Shown here in pieces: positions 48,601 through 56,551 of a stretch of 64,000 nt of DNA (position 1 is its first letter; every line of letters starts with the position of its first letter). This DNA is from Rhodothermales bacterium. GTDB taxonomy: Bacteria > Bacteroidota > Rhodothermia > Rhodothermales > VXPQ01. The stretch covers positions 2,120,731 through 2,184,730 of the forward strand of contig OX638293.1 of assembly GCA_951812335.1 (NCBI GenBank). Direction: 5' to 3'. The position numbers were made by a program, and so were the translations under genes. Under the pieces are notes generated by a model. It was not told the DNA's origin, searched no databases, and saw nothing but the letters and a program-made list of their open reading frames with translations.

Positions 48601-49198
48601 ATTCCTCGATACGCTGCGTAGTGCCCTCCGGAAGGATCGGCGTATTCTCGTCGGTAAGCACAGCCTGCACATGAACCTGGTCGGAAAGAGGACCGGAAAG
48701 CTGCATGCGAAGCCCGGATTCAAGCGTTACGTCGCGGTTGTTGCCGACAAGCATGCCCCGGGTGATCGATCCATGGTGTTGCAAACCGGATGTAGCAGGA
48801 AGCAACCGGAGGGGGTCTTCCCCGCCGCCGGGGGGAACGCCTTCCGCCTGCTCGTCGGCCCGCTCTTCCGCCAACTCATGGCGACGATACAAATCCCGAA
48901 AACGAAACGGCAACGTGCGGTATTCGATCACCAACTCCTCTATTCCGGACACATCGTTCACCCGAAGGCGAGCATAGCGATAGTCGAGCCGGTAGCGCGT
49001 CGTATCGAGCGCTACGCCATCGGCCAGCACCCGCTCCGATCCCGGAAGTACGATGGGGATCAGTTGAAACGGCTGGATCGCCGACACATCCAGCGTGTCG
49101 CGCCGGAATATCTCCGGCGCAGGCGCTGCTTCCTGGGCGCGCCCTTGCGCCGCAAAAAATGTCAACGCGATACCCGTCGCAACGAGTCGAACAATCAT
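45683..49198 (-). CDS. very large outer-membrane protein of unknown function (predicted beta-barrel)
   Basis: 1171 aa with signal peptide ..AAQGRAQ and C-terminal ..IQMSALF (terminal Phe). It is rich in alternating R/Y/F/D beta-strand-like segments. I recognised no family motif. Confidence 0.5.
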   Translation of the reverse strand: MIVRLVATGIALTFFAAQGRAQEAAPAPEIFRRDTLDVSAIQPFQLIPIVLPGSERVLADGVALDTTRYRLDYRYARLRVNDVSGIEELVIEYRTLPFRFRDLYRRHELAEERADEQAEGVPPGGGEDPLRLLPATSGLQHHGSITRGMLVGNNRDVTLESGLRMQLSGPLSDQVHVQAVLTDENTPILPEGTTQRIEEFDRVFIGLDVPHARAELGDFDLRFASGEFSAFSRRLQGVSVIASLPDGSRIGGRVKASGAVTRGLFRSQEIEPLDGVQGPYRLEGAEGERFVLVVPGSETVFVDGQRLVRGETNDYVIDYATAEISFTSNLIVTADMRIKVEFQYSTSRFTRTLAGVEMEMNFLQHPETTERGMSGRFGISVIREADSRDFSEEFGFGAEDSLALANAGDGMAIAGAAQRVEFDPEAPYIQYRREIRPGVDTIYVALDRAPLPSEAVFRVRFTHVGEGLGSYERTGRAVNGILYEYRGPGMGSYLPVRLLPKPEMHRMIDMRGAFSPIPAFEVFGEWGRSLNDGNRLSTLDASDDIGDAVLAGVRLKPSSLGGVRLSGEMRRRHVASSFAAFDRIRPVEFERRWNITSRRNPGVGSLAADETIDEGNLRFDFLEDSNVRGELGRIALGDGFEADRRAAYVAVHEGRLPRLDYRAEAITANDSVADERGRWFRQSGSMEYPLGGGRLSPRIEFEHEDRMQEAVGADSLLRPSFRFLEVRPGLAWKDGAFGVATFVERRVEDNWIAGSVKPAAASWTGRTTFEWRPSSVLDAEGSVGFRARRFTERFRIEQNRKDAESVLLKLSGVWRPFSRAVQANVLYDGMTERSPVLQEIYIRTGPEIGQFVWEDGNEDGLVQIDELLPERLPNEGSYVRTYIPSDTLVSVVNVRSRIRLELDPQRVWGRSDNRWKRRLSHVAARTVIEVQEKTRDPNTTSIYLLDLNRFRNAEHTMNGRFRLGQDIFLFRSSPDYGLDLSLNRLRSLSELAAGQEERFVDGWRMEGRWRPGPNWGLRAVVAGEQDRLASDAFASRRYDVSGFRLEPEVSYAVSDRVQVITSASYGRKKDDFGARSAQILKAPAELRYTIPRKLQTTLRAEVARVRLDGEALGLARFELTDGRGPGWSSLWSFRARYTVNQYLRATFSYDGRAPAAAPVIHTMQIQMSALF

Positions 49199-50127
49199 TC
49201 CGAAAGCGCAAGCAGATACACGCGCTGCGCTCCCAGAACGTACAGGCTTCCATCCGTTCCCGCAGCGACGTCCACGATGTGCGTATCCATATCGATCTCA
49301 AGACGGCGCTCGAAGCGCCCGATCTCATCATATACCACCAGGCTATGTGCAAGCACCGCGTACACCCTCTCGCCAGTCGCAACCACAGCGCAAAGCTCCG
49401 AAAGCCCGACGCCCATCGTACGCACAAACGTTCCGTACTGGTCATAGACCATCAGGGATTTTGCGCCGCGATCCGCCACATACAGCAACCTGTTTGCACC
49501 GATGGCAATATCCACCGGTTCGACAAGCACGCCTCGTCCGGGGCCTATATCTCCAATAACTCCTGCGGGGCGGCGATCCTGATCCCACTTGCGGACCACC
49601 CCCCGATCCATGTCCACCGCAAAGATTTCGTTCGCCGAAGAAGTAGCCACGGCTACGGGAATACCGGAGGAATAATCGACGACTGCTTCGTCCCGCCTGC
49701 GGTACGTTACACGGGCTGAAACGTCCTCGCCGGTTCGCATCAGCGGAACGGCGCCGAGATATGCCCCGGAGCGCGAGAATATTTGAATACGCCGATTCCC
49801 GGCGTCGGCCACATATAGCACCAGCCCATTCGTCGGATCGACGCCGACGGGATCGTCGAATGCTCCTTCTTTCGATCCGGGCCCGCCAAGCACTGAAAGA
49901 CGTTCCCCGTGCTCGTTCATCGTATATACGACATCGCGGCCTGCGTCAGCCACATAGATAACACCGAAGGGATCCATGCCGATAGCGCGGGCATCGACAA
50001 AATCCGGTCCCGAAAGGGGTGTTGCCCGGAGCGTATCCGCCGGCTGAGCAATGGCCTGGCCGGCGCCCGAAACAAGCACGCCAAACATGCCCAGCGCCCC
50101 AAACGCCATAGCGAGCGGACGCATCAT
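49195..50127 (-). CDS. secreted NHL-repeat beta-propeller protein
   Basis: 310 aa with a signal peptide. YVAD-type blades recur (IYVADAGRDVV, LYVADAGNRRIQIF, LYVADRGAKSLMVY). It has 4-nt overlaps with both neighbours. Confidence 0.65.
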   Translation of the reverse strand: MMRPLAMAFGALGMFGVLVSGAGQAIAQPADTLRATPLSGPDFVDARAIGMDPFGVIYVADAGRDVVYTMNEHGERLSVLGGPGSKEGAFDDPVGVDPTNGLVLYVADAGNRRIQIFSRSGAYLGAVPLMRTGEDVSARVTYRRRDEAVVDYSSGIPVAVATSSANEIFAVDMDRGVVRKWDQDRRPAGVIGDIGPGRGVLVEPVDIAIGANRLLYVADRGAKSLMVYDQYGTFVRTMGVGLSELCAVVATGERVYAVLAHSLVVYDEIGRFERRLEIDMDTHIVDVAAGTDGSLYVLGAQRVYLLALSE

Positions 50128-51431
50128 GACGGACGCAGCCCCTTTTTACCGATGTCTCGCCGAAACTGCATGTGTTCGAAAGAAATGTGACCCACCGCTT
50201 CGTATGCACGATCCAACGCCGCCCGGAGATCGCGGCCAAGCCCTGTAACGCCGAGCACACGCCCGCCGGATGTAACGGTATCGCTTCCCCTCCCTGGAAC
50301 GTCATCCTCCTTTAGGCTCGGTGCGGTGCCTCCATGAAACACCAGGACGTCACGGTGCGCTGCCGCCTGTTCCAACCCCTCGATCGCAAAACCCGTTTCG
50401 TAGCGTCCCGGATACCCACCGGATGCCAGGACGACGCACGCCGCCGCACCACTCCTCATGGACAGCGCCGAACCCCTGAGCGCCCCCCGGGCCGTCGCCT
50501 CAAACAAATCCAGGGCGTCGTCGGCAAGAAGAGGGAGCACCACCTGGGCCTCGGGATCCCCAAAGCGGCAATTGTATTCGACCACTTCAGGTCCTTCTTC
50601 CGTAATCATCAGTCCACAGTACAGTACGCCCCGGTACGGATACCCTTCCGCTGCCATGCCGTGCAATGTAGGGGCAACGACCCGGTTGCGTACGGCACGC
50701 AAGATGTCGTCCGTTACGATCGGAACGGGTGCGTAGGCTCCCATCCCGCCGGTATTCGGCCCCACATCTCCCTCGCCAATGCGTTTGTGATCCTGCGCCG
50801 GAGCAAACAACAGGTATTCCTTCCCATCCGATAAGGCGAAGACGCTTGCTTCCTCTCCGGTCATATATTCCTCGACTACGACTTCTTCACCCGCCGCGCC
50901 GAACGCCCGCTCGCGCAACATGAACGCAAGCGTTTCGAGCGCCTCGTCCACGGTAGCGCATACAACAGCTCCCTTGCCGGCCGCCAGACCGCTTGCTTTT
51001 ACCACAATGGGAGCGCCGCATTCCTTGACATAGGTCGCCGCCTCATCGTAATCGCTTGCTCCGAATGTCCGGTGACGCGCCGTAGGAATGTCGTGCCGCT
51101 GCATGAACGCCTTGGCAAATGCCTTCGACCCCTCAAGACGAGCGGCTGCCGCACTCGGCCCCATAATCGCCAACCCCTCTTGTTCAAAACGATCCGCAAT
51201 GCCCAGCACCAGCGGCTGTTCGGGCCCCACAACCGTCAGATCGATCTGCTCAGTGCGTGCAAAACGAACAAGATTTTCGATGTCGTCCGCACGAACGGGT
51301 ACGATCGAGGCAATTTCACGGATACCCGCATTTCCCGGAGCTACAAATATTTTATGAACCCCTCCCGATCGGGACAGGCTATGAGCAATAGCATGCTCGC
51401 GGCCCCCGCCGCCGACAACGAGTATGCGCAT
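50124..51431 (-). CDS. purD: phosphoribosylamine-glycine ligase
   Basis: ORF 50124..51542. The conserved start is MRILVVGGGGREHAIAHSL at 51431 (435 aa). It has the ATP-grasp body. Confidence 0.9.
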   Translation of the reverse strand: MRILVVGGGGREHAIAHSLSRSGGVHKIFVAPGNAGIREIASIVPVRADDIENLVRFARTEQIDLTVVGPEQPLVLGIADRFEQEGLAIMGPSAAAARLEGSKAFAKAFMQRHDIPTARHRTFGASDYDEAATYVKECGAPIVVKASGLAAGKGAVVCATVDEALETLAFMLRERAFGAAGEEVVVEEYMTGEEASVFALSDGKEYLLFAPAQDHKRIGEGDVGPNTGGMGAYAPVPIVTDDILRAVRNRVVAPTLHGMAAEGYPYRGVLYCGLMITEEGPEVVEYNCRFGDPEAQVVLPLLADDALDLFEATARGALRGSALSMRSGAAACVVLASGGYPGRYETGFAIEGLEQAAAHRDVLVFHGGTAPSLKEDDVPGRGSDTVTSGGRVLGVTGLGRDLRAALDRAYEAVGHISFEHMQFRRDIGKKGLRPS

Positions 51432-51513
51432 AAGAGCGTTTTTTCCTGTTGCAAAAACTCTTCCGTGAAGGAGCAAACGTGAGGCGCCATACCTTATGCC
51501 TCTCCTTATCCAT

Positions 51514-54174
51514 TCAATCCAGCAACCGCCGCAGCGCATCAAGTTGCTGCAAGGCCTCGAGCGGCGTCATCCGATCCGTATCCAGCGCTCCCAGACTCTC
51601 CTTGAGCGCTTCCCCTACGGGATCCGTTTTTCTATCGAAAAGAGACATCTGAAACTGCTCGACGGAAGCCATTGGCATATCCCTGGGAGAAGGTTTGAAC
51701 GCCCGAATATCGCCTTCCTGCATCGTATCGACGCTCGTATGCCGGCTTTCCAGTCGCTCGAGGATTTGGCGCGCCCGGACAATGACCGGTTCGGGAAGCC
51801 CTGCCATGCGCGCTACTTCGATACCGAACGAATGGTCTGCGCCCTCCGGAGCCAGCTTGCGCAAAAAAATCACGCGGCCTGCATGCTCTTCCACACGTAT
51901 GCATGCGGTGCGCACACGATCGTATCGATTCGCCAGTTCGTTCAGTTCGTGATAGTGCGTGGCGAACAAGGTGCGGGCAGCGACATCTTCGCGCTCATGC
52001 AAGTACTCCACCAGTGCCCAGGCGATGGACAAGCCGTCGAATGTGCTGGTGCCGCGTCCCACTTCGTCAAGTAAAATGAGCGAGCGCGGCGTTGCATTGT
52101 TCAAAATGTTTGCGGTCTCGTTCATCTCGACCAGGAAAGTACTTTCCCCTTCGGCAAGGTTGTCGGAAGCCCCAACCCTCGTGAATATCCGATCCACAAT
52201 GCCGATGCGGGCAGATTCCGCCGGAACGAAAGAACCGGCCTGGGCAAGGAGCACAATCAACCCCGTTTGCCGCAACACAACGCTTTTTCCGGCCATGTTC
52301 GGGCCGGTAATGAGAATAATCTGGGCGCCGTCAGGGTCCAGGTAGATGGAATTCGGAATGAAAGGCTCGCCGGCAGGCAAGGCCTGCTCCACAACCGGAT
52401 GCCGACCCCCTTCGATTTCAAGTGTTCGCCCATCGTGTACCTCGGGCCGAACATAGCCGAAACGTACAGCCGCATCGGCCAGCGCCACATAGCAATCCAC
52501 CATGCCCAGCACTTTTGCATTGCGTTGCAAGGCTTCGGTATATTCGGCGACAGCCATGCGCAACTCGGCAAAGAGGTTCGCTTCGATCGTATCGATGCGT
52601 TCCTCGGCGGTCAGGATTTTTTCCTCGTATTCCTTCAGCTCCTGTACGATGTAGCGTTCCGCACCGACCAGGGTCTGTTTGCGGATATAATCGTCCGGCA
52701 CCTTGTCCTTGTGCGTGTTGGTAACCTCGAGGTAATACCCAAAGACCTTGTTGAAACCGACCTTGAGCGAGGAAATACCCGTTCGTTCGATCTCTTTCTT
52801 CTGCATCTCGACCAGCCAGTCCTTGCCCGAGCGGGCAATCCGGCGTAAGGTATCCAGTTCCTCGTTGTAGCCGTCCCGGATCAACCCGCCTCTACCTGGA
52901 CCGACAGGCGGATCGTCCACAATAGCCCGATCGATCAGATCGATCAGATCGGTATGCACGGTAAGTTGCGCGCCCGCTTCCCGGAGTGCATCGCACGTAC
53001 AATCTTCTCTGGAAGAAAGGAGCAGTTTGATTGCAGGAAGCTGCCGAAGCGCCAGTTTGACGGCCACCATATCCCGCGGCGTAGCCCGGCCCGTAGCAAT
53101 ACGGACAGCAAGGCGTTCCAGATCGCCCATTTGCTCCAGCTCTTCGCCCATTTGCGTGCGAAGCGTGCGCGACCGGAAAAAATTCTCGACGGCGTCGAGT
53201 CGACGCTCGATGGCTGCAAGCTCGCGCAAGGGGCGCACCAGCCATCGCCGGAGCTGCCGCCCTCCCATGGGCGTTTGGGTCCGGTCAAGAATGCTCACAA
53301 GCGTATCCTCCCGGCCCTGGTCGCGAAGGGGTACAACCAATTCCATATTCCGCTTCGTTTGCGGATCCAGCGTCATATGGCTGGCGCTGTCGTACGGAAC
53401 GATCTTGCGAACATGCAAGAGCCGGCCTTTCTGCGTTTCACCGAGATAATGCATCACGGCGCCGGCAGCGATCGTTCCAAGCCGCAAGGAATCGACTCCG
53501 AAGCCTTTCAGCGAATGCGTACCGAAATGATTCAACAGGGTTTGGCGGGCAAAATCGTACCCGAAGACCCAATCCTCGACCGGCGTCACCACAAACGAAC
53601 CACGAGGAATATCATCCCGGTGACCCCGAGCAACAAGCACCTCGGCAGGCTGGATGGCCTGAACAAAACCAGGCAATGCTTCTATATCTCCCTCGCTGGC
53701 GAAAAATTCGCCGGTGGACGCATCAAGAAAGGCAACCCCAACGCGCCCACTATCCGGCCAAACCGCTGCCAGATAATTGGATTGCTTCGGATCGAGCAGG
53801 TTGTCGTCGAAATAGACGCCGGGGGTAACAACCTCTACGACATCGCGCTTTACAATCGTTTTGGCCTGTCCCGGGTCTTCCGTTTGCTCGCAAACGGCTA
53901 CCCGAAAACCGGCCTCGACAAGCTTCGGCAGATAGGTATTCAGCGCGTGATGGGGAAAACCCGCAAGAGGAACATCGTACGCCTTACCGTTGGAGCGTTT
54001 GGTCAGGGCGATACCAAGGGTCTTGCTGAGTTGCTTCGCATCTTCGTCGAACGTCTCGAAGAAATCCCCCATCCTGAAGAGAAGGAGCGCTTGCGGATGC
54101 TGTGCTTTTATGGCGTAATACTGCCGCATGAGCGGCGTCCGCCCCTTGTTCTCTTCGCTGCGCATCTCCGTCAC
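51514..54174 (-). CDS. mutS: DNA mismatch repair protein MutS
   Basis: 886 aa with TPLMRQYYAIKAQHPQALLLFRMGDFFETF and Walker A ITGPNMAGKS. Confidence 0.95.
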   Translation of the reverse strand: MTEMRSEENKGRTPLMRQYYAIKAQHPQALLLFRMGDFFETFDEDAKQLSKTLGIALTKRSNGKAYDVPLAGFPHHALNTYLPKLVEAGFRVAVCEQTEDPGQAKTIVKRDVVEVVTPGVYFDDNLLDPKQSNYLAAVWPDSGRVGVAFLDASTGEFFASEGDIEALPGFVQAIQPAEVLVARGHRDDIPRGSFVVTPVEDWVFGYDFARQTLLNHFGTHSLKGFGVDSLRLGTIAAGAVMHYLGETQKGRLLHVRKIVPYDSASHMTLDPQTKRNMELVVPLRDQGREDTLVSILDRTQTPMGGRQLRRWLVRPLRELAAIERRLDAVENFFRSRTLRTQMGEELEQMGDLERLAVRIATGRATPRDMVAVKLALRQLPAIKLLLSSREDCTCDALREAGAQLTVHTDLIDLIDRAIVDDPPVGPGRGGLIRDGYNEELDTLRRIARSGKDWLVEMQKKEIERTGISSLKVGFNKVFGYYLEVTNTHKDKVPDDYIRKQTLVGAERYIVQELKEYEEKILTAEERIDTIEANLFAELRMAVAEYTEALQRNAKVLGMVDCYVALADAAVRFGYVRPEVHDGRTLEIEGGRHPVVEQALPAGEPFIPNSIYLDPDGAQIILITGPNMAGKSVVLRQTGLIVLLAQAGSFVPAESARIGIVDRIFTRVGASDNLAEGESTFLVEMNETANILNNATPRSLILLDEVGRGTSTFDGLSIAWALVEYLHEREDVAARTLFATHYHELNELANRYDRVRTACIRVEEHAGRVIFLRKLAPEGADHSFGIEVARMAGLPEPVIVRARQILERLESRHTSVDTMQEGDIRAFKPSPRDMPMASVEQFQMSLFDRKTDPVGEALKESLGALDTDRMTPLEALQQLDALRRLLD

Positions 54175-54177
54175 GAA

Positions 54178-56520
54178 TTATTCATGTCCTTTCGTGCTAT
54201 CGAAGGCCGGCATACTTAGAGCCGAAATACCGTCCCCTCCTTGCGAATCGGCGCCGGACAAGAGTTCGGATACAATGCGATCTGCGCCATACATATGCTC
54301 CAGTACCTCCATGACGCCCCGGGCGTCGACAGACACTGCACGTCCCTGTTCGTCCAGATACACATAAGCGTTTCGGAGAGCGTCAATATTGCTATCGAAC
54401 ACGACGCCCACGACACGGAGCTCCTTGTCGAGAAGCGGCGAACCGGAATTTCCGCCCGTGATGTCGTTGGTCGTGACCAGATTAACCGCTGTGGAACGGT
54501 CCAGCGAATCCGGCGGTTGGAGCCACCGATCCGGCAAGTCCCAATCGGTATCTTTGCCGCCGTACGAATAATAATGATCGTACATCCCGAACAAGGTGGT
54601 ATGGGGCGGCGCTGTCGTGCCGTTATATGGATATCCCGCCACGACCCCGTCGGCGATGCGGAGCGAAAACGTCGCGTCCGGGGGTATCTGCGCACCGTAC
54701 AGTGCAAAACGAGCAAGAGACAACATAGCATTTAGTTCCTGCTCCCTCCTGTCGAGTCCGGATATCTGTTGCTGGATCGACAAAAATAGTGGGGTCACAG
54801 CCTGCGCCATCTCTTCCGCCGGATCGCCGCTGCCAAGAAAGCCTTCCTCAAGTAACGCAGCGTATTGTGCAGAATCGCGCAAGGCCGTGCCGGAAAGCAT
54901 CCGATCGGCGGCCTCTTCGGGGGTCTGCCCTTGCAACAGACGGTTCACAGTCGGGTCGTTTTCACCGAGGTAGCGCAAAAATTCGTGCAGGCGCATTGCC
55001 AGCATGCGCTTCTCCAGTTCCAGGGGCCAGTCTTCTATGTCAAGCGCATCCTCCAGCATGTCTTCGATTTCGTCTGCCGGCATACCCCGCTGCCGCATCA
55101 GACCGATAATGTATCCGTAAGCGGCCCGGGCGAGCACATGCGAATCGAAGGCTGTCGCACCGAAAAACAGAAATGCACTGTTCCGATCCGCCATAGCTTC
55201 CTTCGAACGTTGCAAACGCGCGATCTCATCGATCGCTTGGCCGTATTTCTCCTGTAAAGAGTCCACGGCGGCGATCTCTGCAATCAGCTTTCCTTCCGTC
55301 GCCATTCGGCGCGTTATCAGCAGCGAATCGCGCAATCCGGCCAGTTCCCCTTCATTCTTTTTAAACTGATTCGATATCTGATGCCAGGCGTTGCGCAGCT
55401 CGTATTTCCGATCCGGCTCCTCTTCCTCGGCCATGTACTCCTCCAGAATCCGCATCCGATTTCCCAGCGCATCAAGCGCCGCAGGTAACATATAATCGCG
55501 CTCGAACTCCAGTTGCCCGACGGTTTCGAGGCGGCTGGTCGTACCTGGATTGCCTACCACAAAGACCGCTTCGCCCTCCTGCGCCCCGTCCTTGTCCCAG
55601 GCAAAATAATGCGGGGTATGCAAGGGCTTCCCTTCCTCGTCGTAGGCACGGAAAAAACTGAAATCGAAGCTATACCGGGGGTACGTGAAGTTGTCCGGGT
55701 CCCCCCCGAAGGCGCCGATCGACAATTCCGGTGCAAATACCAGCCGGATATCGTCATAACGGCGAAACGTATAGGCCGAATACCGCCCGCCGTGGTAGAG
55801 TTCGACAACCTGTACCGTCAAAAGCGAATCCCTGCCCTGAGCCTTATCGTTCATGCGCTCCTCGATGCGTTCCATCCTCCTTTCGCGCGCCGCCGCCGAA
55901 CGGTCGTCGCTATTCATGGCCCGCTCGCCCCGGCGCTGCCTCCTGCGGGGCGCAGTATCTCCATCGTCCGAAGGCCGAACGAGGCCGTAAACCTCCTCCG
56001 TAACATCCTCAATGGCCACCAGTTGATCCACATACAGATCTTCAACCTTACGCTCTGCCCCGATCGAATCCGCATAAAATCCGTTATCGAGCAACGCCTC
56101 CCCCTCGCGCGTCACATCCGCAACGCTCTCCCGCGCGCAATGGTGGTTCGTAAGAACGAGCCCATGCGGAGATACGAAAGAGGCCGAACAATTCGGAAGC
56201 CGGAGCGCCCCGAGACGGGCTCGAGCGAACCAGGCGGAGTCCGGCCTGAATCCATAAGCTTCTTCGAAATAATCGACCGGCGGATCCTCGAACGTCCACA
56301 TCTTTCCCGTATCGAATCGCCCGATCTCGATATCGACCGATAGAGAAACCTGGCTCGCCTCTTCTTCCACCGGATGTAAAGGAGCCGTTATCGCGACCGG
56401 CTCCGTCGTACCGGGACGCTCCACGACGGAAACAACCTGGCTGCTTCCGCTGCACCCCGCCCATACGAAAAGAAGCAGCATTGCCGCCGCCGACCGCTTC
56501 CTGCAAACATTCATGAACAT
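54178..56520 (-). CDS. S46-family dipeptidyl-peptidase lipoprotein (Ser at specificity position, DPP11-like?)
   Basis: 780 aa with lipobox VWAGC, ASFVSPHGLVLTNHHC (catalytic His) and TNDITGGNSGSP (catalytic Ser). The residue 18 positions after the catalytic Ser is Ser (VVFDSNID). Confidence 0.8.
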   Translation of the reverse strand: MFMNVCRKRSAAAMLLLFVWAGCSGSSQVVSVVERPGTTEPVAITAPLHPVEEEASQVSLSVDIEIGRFDTGKMWTFEDPPVDYFEEAYGFRPDSAWFARARLGALRLPNCSASFVSPHGLVLTNHHCARESVADVTREGEALLDNGFYADSIGAERKVEDLYVDQLVAIEDVTEEVYGLVRPSDDGDTAPRRRQRRGERAMNSDDRSAAARERRMERIEERMNDKAQGRDSLLTVQVVELYHGGRYSAYTFRRYDDIRLVFAPELSIGAFGGDPDNFTYPRYSFDFSFFRAYDEEGKPLHTPHYFAWDKDGAQEGEAVFVVGNPGTTSRLETVGQLEFERDYMLPAALDALGNRMRILEEYMAEEEEPDRKYELRNAWHQISNQFKKNEGELAGLRDSLLITRRMATEGKLIAEIAAVDSLQEKYGQAIDEIARLQRSKEAMADRNSAFLFFGATAFDSHVLARAAYGYIIGLMRQRGMPADEIEDMLEDALDIEDWPLELEKRMLAMRLHEFLRYLGENDPTVNRLLQGQTPEEAADRMLSGTALRDSAQYAALLEEGFLGSGDPAEEMAQAVTPLFLSIQQQISGLDRREQELNAMLSLARFALYGAQIPPDATFSLRIADGVVAGYPYNGTTAPPHTTLFGMYDHYYSYGGKDTDWDLPDRWLQPPDSLDRSTAVNLVTTNDITGGNSGSPLLDKELRVVGVVFDSNIDALRNAYVYLDEQGRAVSVDARGVMEVLEHMYGADRIVSELLSGADSQGGDGISALSMPAFDSTKGHE

Positions 56521-56535
56521 GGCGAAAAAGGCATA

Positions 56536-56547
56536 ATCAGAGTATCC
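56536..56547 (-). repeat. solo copy of 12-nt motif GGATACTCTGAT (inverted)
   Basis: Exact atcagagtatcc in the 31-nt spacer between the two S46 genes. Confidence 0.7.
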
Positions 56548-56551
56548 TTAA

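Noticed and set aside
47090-49447. 785-aa + strand ORF, also 45674..46915 and 46083..47165
   Set aside because: They are shadow ORFs opposite or out of frame with the 1171-aa OMP gene. They are low-complexity and Arg/Pro-rich, with no signal or motif.
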